From Candidatus Helarchaeota archaeon (GTDB taxonomy: Archaea; Asgardarchaeota; Lokiarchaeia; Helarchaeales; RDOG01), in the NCBI GenBank assembly GCA_019058315.1, contig JAHPZH010000008.1, positions 96,001-160,000 of the forward strand: a stretch of DNA of 64,000 nucleotides, in the 5' to 3' direction. Each line of letters starts with the position of its first letter. The first letter of the stretch is position 1. The notes below the pieces were generated by a model. That model was not told the origin of the DNA, ran no database searches, and was given only the letters and a program-made list of their open reading frames with translations. Made by a program: the position numbers and the translations under genes. This document shows positions 59,658-64,000 of this stretch, piece after piece.

Positions 59658-59873
59658 ACATTTTTCTACCTTTATTTACAAAATTCACTTAAATTTCGCT
59701 TTAAAATTCGAATATTTTGCTTTATTGTACAAAATTTACTTTATTATCTTAATTATTTTTATTTATCCTCAAAGTACTTTTCTTCTTATTAAATGGGCTT
59801 ACAAATTTTATATATCAAGACTTATTCATTAAATATATATTAAAAAAATAACGAATACGGATTGGTAAGAAAA

Positions 59874-60719
59874 ATGTCTGATAAAGATTTTCCAGACGAC
59901 TTATTTGACAAAGCTTTAGATGCACTAGATGAAACAAGTAAAGAACCTATAAAGACTGAAGGTATTAAGGCAATTCCAGAATTATTAGAAAGAGGTTATT
60001 ATGATAAAGCAGTCGATATAATGATTAAAATAATTGAAGATCCCGATCCTTATTCCATAAATGATAAAATTGCGGTAACAGATATTGCTCATCAAGTTGC
60101 TCAACAGGATGCTAATATAATTCGTCGTTTATTGCCTTATCTTTATGTAATTTATAATAAAACGGAAGCATATCTTACGAGAGCAGCTCCTGATCCTGTA
60201 TTAATCATGAATACAGCAAACGTTTTAACACATGCAAAATCAGTTTTATATGATGAAATTGCTCGACTGAAACAATTAATAATTGATGTAGCCAATCAGA
60301 TTTCAAACGAATATAAGACAAATAATATACCGTTAGGTGATGTTGCACCTCGAGTAGGATTATCGCTGGTTGTTGTGTTACTATTAGTAGATGAAATGTT
60401 ACTAAATAAAGAAGTCAGGGGGCATTATGATTCTGTTGGTGATATTTTAACATTAGAATCCGATAAAGCCAGATGTTATAATTGTGGTGCTGAATTTCCT
60501 AAAGACCTAGAGAAGTGTCCCTCTTGTGGTATTGAGTTTCCAAAGTGTGTTATATGCAGATTAATTATCCGGACAATACCAGTTACTTGCCCTAAATGCG
60601 GTAATAGTGCACATCGAGAACATATGCTTGAATGGCTGAAAATGAGTCACGATAAAAAGAAGGGTAAGGGCATGTGTCCTATCTGCCAAAACTATTTGGC
60701 TCCCGAAGATCTAAAATAA
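59874..60719 (+). CDS. helical N-terminus + PCI winged helix + double Zn ribbon + RING-like finger
   Basis: YKTNNIPLGDVAPRVGL..VLLLVDEMLLNKEVRGHYD (PCI); CYNC..CPSC; CVIC-x10-CPKC-x4-H-x2-H-x3-W..CPIC. Start ATG 59874 or TTG 59862. Confidence 0.78.
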   Translation: MSDKDFPDDLFDKALDALDETSKEPIKTEGIKAIPELLERGYYDKAVDIMIKIIEDPDPYSINDKIAVTDIAHQVAQQDANIIRRLLPYLYVIYNKTEAYLTRAAPDPVLIMNTANVLTHAKSVLYDEIARLKQLIIDVANQISNEYKTNNIPLGDVAPRVGLSLVVVLLLVDEMLLNKEVRGHYDSVGDILTLESDKARCYNCGAEFPKDLEKCPSCGIEFPKCVICRLIIRTIPVTCPKCGNSAHREHMLEWLKMSHDKKKGKGMCPICQNYLAPEDLK

Positions 60720-60721
60720 CT

Positions 60722-61456
60722 TTAAGTTAATCTAACCAAACAAATTTTTGCTAATTTACATTTTTCATTAAGTTGAATTTCAATAACTACATTTTTATCA
60801 GAATATTTCTCAATCTTTTTCTTTTCTTGTTTACAAAACTCATTAATGGAGGGGCACTCATAAATTATTCCAGATCTTTTCTTACTTAACTCTTGGTCTT
60901 CCAAATATTGATAAATCTTTTCAATGGATTCCTTGGCGTTATTTTGAACAATTTCGTCTGGATCATAAATTGCTTTCAATAAAAAAGGGATAGCACGAAT
61001 ATCATTTAATTTTCCAAGCGCCCAGGCAGAATTCTCGCGTACTTCACTATTTTTATCATTTAGACTCTTAATTAAAGGTTCAAAAGCTTTTTTGTCTTCC
61101 AGCTTCCCAATAGACCACGCTGAATTCGCTCTGATCTCATCATTTGGATCATTTAATAATTCAATCAGAGGATCTACGGCGGCTTGTTCTTCGATGTTTC
61201 CAAGAACTTCAATCACATACTTTCTCACGCTTTCTAATTTATGATTCAAATTTTTAATGAGAATATCGCCTGCCTTTAATAATCCCAAATTCCATATTGC
61301 ACAATCGCGAATTTGTTCGATAGGATCATTTAATAACTTTGAAAGTGAATCTATAGCTCTGGGATCACCTAGTTCACCCAAACCTTCTATGGCATTAATT
61401 CTAGTATCTATATCAGCACTTTTTAAGTCTTCTATTAAAGTTTCAAAATTAGACAA
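60722..61456 (-). CDS. HEAT (PBS-lyase-type) repeat protein
   Basis: Repeats such as LNDPNDEIRANSAWSIGKL and LNDKNSEVRENSAWALGKL; four-Cys C-terminal domain. Confidence 0.88.
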   Translation of the reverse strand: MSNFETLIEDLKSADIDTRINAIEGLGELGDPRAIDSLSKLLNDPIEQIRDCAIWNLGLLKAGDILIKNLNHKLESVRKYVIEVLGNIEEQAAVDPLIELLNDPNDEIRANSAWSIGKLEDKKAFEPLIKSLNDKNSEVRENSAWALGKLNDIRAIPFLLKAIYDPDEIVQNNAKESIEKIYQYLEDQELSKKRSGIIYECPSINEFCKQEKKKIEKYSDKNVVIEIQLNEKCKLAKICLVRLT

Positions 61457-61518
61457 TTTATCTCAAATAATTAATAGCGCTATTAAAATATAAATAAAAA
61501 GAAAGAGATTAAGATGCT

Positions 61519-62685
61519 TTAAGAAGCTTTAATTGTTTTAGCTATTACTTTTTCCGGTAATTTCTTTATTATTTCTTCTGCTTCACTCATTATGCCTTCA
61601 ACTAAATCCTTTATAGTTGGGATGGAGTCAATTCTTCCTGTTACTTCGCCACCTAAAATAATACTATTATCAACATCACCGTCGAATAAAGCTGCCATTC
61701 CTTCCATTTCCAATTTCATGATTTCTGATGTACTTTCCATGGGTTTACCCAAAAATACTTCTGGGATGCTTTTTAAAGTTTCTTCTACTACTTTGATTGA
61801 TTGAGCATTTCGTAAAAATCTCATTGGACCAAATAAACCACGCCCTACTAGTGTACCTCTTTCATCTCTTTCAACTATAGCTTTTTTCCAAATATCCTGA
61901 AATTCGGATTCCTTTGTTGCAATGAATCTAGTACCCATTTGAATGCCTATAGCGCCCATAGCTATTGCAGCAGCTAATGATCTTCCATCACAATAACCAC
62001 CTGCTGCAACTACAGGTTTGTTTACTGCTTTGATTACAGCCGGTAGAAGAACCATACTATGAACAGGATCCCACGCTATATGAGCACCACCTTCATGACC
62101 AGATGCAATTATAATATCAACGTCTGCCTTTTCAGCTCTCTTTGCATGAACCACAGCGGGGACAACGTGACACCAAGTTATATCATCATGAAAAGTCTTT
62201 GGCTGATATTTTGCAGGTCTTTTTGCACCCTTAGCTTTAGCATCAATTGCCCAAGGTAAGGGATCTCCGGCACTGGTAACAATCACTTTAAGCTTTTGTT
62301 TAATTTCTGGATGTTCTTCAATTGTATTAACGATTCCTCTCATTAACCTTTTTGCAACAGCTACGAATTCATAAGAAACTGGAATATTTACTCCGAATAC
62401 AGCGTCGGGAAAATCTTTTAAACCATCCCATACTTTCATTATCGCGTTGCTAATTAGGACATCAGGGCTACCTTTTCCAAAGACTTTGGAAGCTGAGTCA
62501 GGGGTTGCAGCGGAAAGACCGACACCCATTCCAATTGTAGAGATTAAACCTACTGCGCCAGCTCTAGCGGCATAAAGACTTAATTCTGTTGTCGAATATG
62601 GACCCATTCCTGCTTGAATTATCGGATACTTTGTTCCTATCATTTCTTGAAACTTAGTTCTTACAACCAAATTTATTCGCCTCAT
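61519..62685 (-). CDS. nitronate monooxygenase / FabK-like FMN-dependent enoyl reductase
   Basis: YPIIQAGMG, GHEGGAH, PVVAAGG..DG, MGTRFIAT.ES; possible start TTG 62670. Confidence 0.88.
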   Translation of the reverse strand: MRRINLVVRTKFQEMIGTKYPIIQAGMGPYSTTELSLYAARAGAVGLISTIGMGVGLSAATPDSASKVFGKGSPDVLISNAIMKVWDGLKDFPDAVFGVNIPVSYEFVAVAKRLMRGIVNTIEEHPEIKQKLKVIVTSAGDPLPWAIDAKAKGAKRPAKYQPKTFHDDITWCHVVPAVVHAKRAEKADVDIIIASGHEGGAHIAWDPVHSMVLLPAVIKAVNKPVVAAGGYCDGRSLAAAIAMGAIGIQMGTRFIATKESEFQDIWKKAIVERDERGTLVGRGLFGPMRFLRNAQSIKVVEETLKSIPEVFLGKPMESTSEIMKLEMEGMAALFDGDVDNSIILGGEVTGRIDSIPTIKDLVEGIMSEAEEIIKKLPEKVIAKTIKAS

Positions 62686-62848
62686 AAGGTTTAAACTTGA
62701 AATTAATTTTGATAATAAAACTTTTTTCGTATGTTGGAATTACAACATATTAAAATTTCAAGAAAAAGTAGCAAATTTGAAATTATTTTATAAAATTAGA
62801 ATTAGATCTATGTATTTTTAATATAAAGAAAAGAATTTATTTGAAATT

Positions 62849-64000
62849 TTATTTTTCTTTAGTCAAATCTTGAACTGCAATTACTTTATGAAGATAGAGG
62901 GGCAATTCACCAATATCGCAGAGGAGAATTTCAGCTGGAATATTTGTTTTTTTCTTAATTTCTTCTGCAATACCAATTTCAAGCTCTTTTCTTCTTTCTT
63001 CAGTAATTGCTTTTCTCATATTTTGGATTCCAACATGGATCTTAAATTTCTCCATAATTTTTACATCTTTAATTATTGTAAATTCAGCAGTTCGAGTTTC
63101 TGGAAAGCTGCGAATTTCATCTATAACATCATAGGGAAACAGTGCTTTATTTTGGATATGGAACATGAAATCTTCTCTTCCTAGGCATTTAAGTTTGTGT
63201 TTTCTTCCGCATGGGCATTTTTCAGAATGGATATGTCCCATATCATCGCTCATCCATCTAATTAGAGGAGTTGCTTGGCGATCAAATTCGGTGTAAGTAA
63301 ATTCACCTCGTTCACCTGCTTCTAAACGTTCCCCAGTTTCCGGGTCGGTCACCTCAAAATAAAACAAGTCTTCAGGAATGTGACATCCCTCCTTTTGCCA
63401 ACATTCAAAAAATCCGAATGATGCATCACTCATAGCGTAGGCTTCGAAAATATCTTTGATATTTAATTCTTCTTGCATAAATTTCCTTGTACCCTCTGAA
63501 ACTGCTGCACTTGTCAAGGACATAATTGCATCTTCGGGTAAATTTAATTCTTTTGGCTCAACACCCACTTGTTTCATAAGTTCGAAGAATAAAACTGTGA
63601 AATCCATAATCCCAAACCAGAAATTAGGTTGTAAATTAGAAATCCATTTAATCCATTGTTGAACTTTCATGGATAAAATATCAAAAGCTATCCAATTTGA
63701 TTTTAAATTTAACATCTTCACTGCTTTATTAATGCCTGGCCAGATTCCATGCCAAGCTGTTCCTGATAAAAGAGTTGTCATTTTCGGAAGGACACCTATA
63801 CTCCAAAATCCCCTAGCCCATCCTTCACCTTTGAGTTTTATATCATCACTAGTCCAGGCGTGAAAGTTTGATTCTCCAGAAGTTCCAGTGCTAACAGTGA
63901 TCAATTTTATATATTCTTGAGGGGAGCAGAGAATTCCACAAAAAGGATCTCCTGTTTCACTTCGATATTTTCTCAACATACTTTTATCGATTAGTGGAAC
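62849..64000 (-). CDS. phenylacetate-CoA ligase family protein (5'-truncated by window)
   Basis: STGTSG, YAMSD, GCHIPED..EVTDPETG, PLIRW..DD, CPCGR, LGRED; frame runs off the window end. Confidence 0.88.
   Translation of the reverse strand, partial: VPLIDKSMLRKYRSETGDPFCGILCSPQEYIKLITVSTGTSGESNFHAWTSDDIKLKGEGWARGFWSIGVLPKMTTLLSGTAWHGIWPGINKAVKMLNLKSNWIAFDILSMKVQQWIKWISNLQPNFWFGIMDFTVLFFELMKQVGVEPKELNLPEDAIMSLTSAAVSEGTRKFMQEELNIKDIFEAYAMSDASFGFFECWQKEGCHIPEDLFYFEVTDPETGERLEAGERGEFTYTEFDRQATPLIRWMSDDMGHIHSEKCPCGRKHKLKCLGREDFMFHIQNKALFPYDVIDEIRSFPETRTAEFTIIKDVKIMEKFKIHVGIQNMRKAITEERRKELEIGIAEEIKKKTNIPAEILLCDIGELPLYLHKVIAVQDLTKEK

Noticed and set aside
1647-63863. Short alternative-frame ORFs in the track (e.g. 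1647-1859, 2330-2647, 3512-4006, 9125-9379, 28035-28382, 33946-34206, 40541-40741, 52663-52893, 62870-63184)
   Set aside because: They overlap well-supported genes, mostly antisense, and carry no motifs; treated as shadow ORFs.
1-64000. CRISPR array, tRNA/rRNA, IS elements, integrase or prophage
   Set aside because: No regularly spaced direct repeats, GC-rich structured RNA, or transposase/integrase/capsid motifs seen; intergenic gaps are short and AT-rich. A small RNA could still be missed by eye.

Overview
AT-rich, gene-dense prokaryotic chromosome segment of about 50 CDS. I found no rRNA, tRNA, CRISPR array or transposase. Several features point to an anaerobic archaeon, most likely Asgard (Loki/Helarchaeia-like; inference, not proven): oligo-T terminators, GGAG/GGTGA ribosome-binding sites with many TTG starts, an ADP-forming acyl-CoA synthetase beta subunit, a PCI+RING protein, wHTH-V4R and HEAT proteins. 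Most genes are heterotrophic catabolism. They include an amino-sugar block built on an unusual ROK kinase-NagB-PIG-L deacetylase triple fusion, tandem TPP enzymes, four HGSNAT/DUF1624-like membrane acyltransferases, a 2-hydroxyacyl-CoA dehydratase pair, and a long flavoprotein/Fe-S run. Best candidate for an undescribed system: a ~16 kb locus (31.5-47.9 kb) with three paralogues of a ~390-430 aa protein family I cannot assign. They surround an AprBA-like flavoprotein/ferredoxin pair, an SCP2-like lipid carrier with an inserted Zn ribbon, and a PadR-fusion regulator with palindrome-rich intergenic DNA. Other highlights: a PCI-double Zn ribbon-RING protein whose Cys/His spacing matches GATOR2 (Mio/WDR24)-type C-termini, a radical SAM protein with HhH and a PCNA-binding PIP-like tail, and a 32-aa-repeat coiled-coil protein with a poly-Lys tail. 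All annotation is by eye from motifs; no searches were run.
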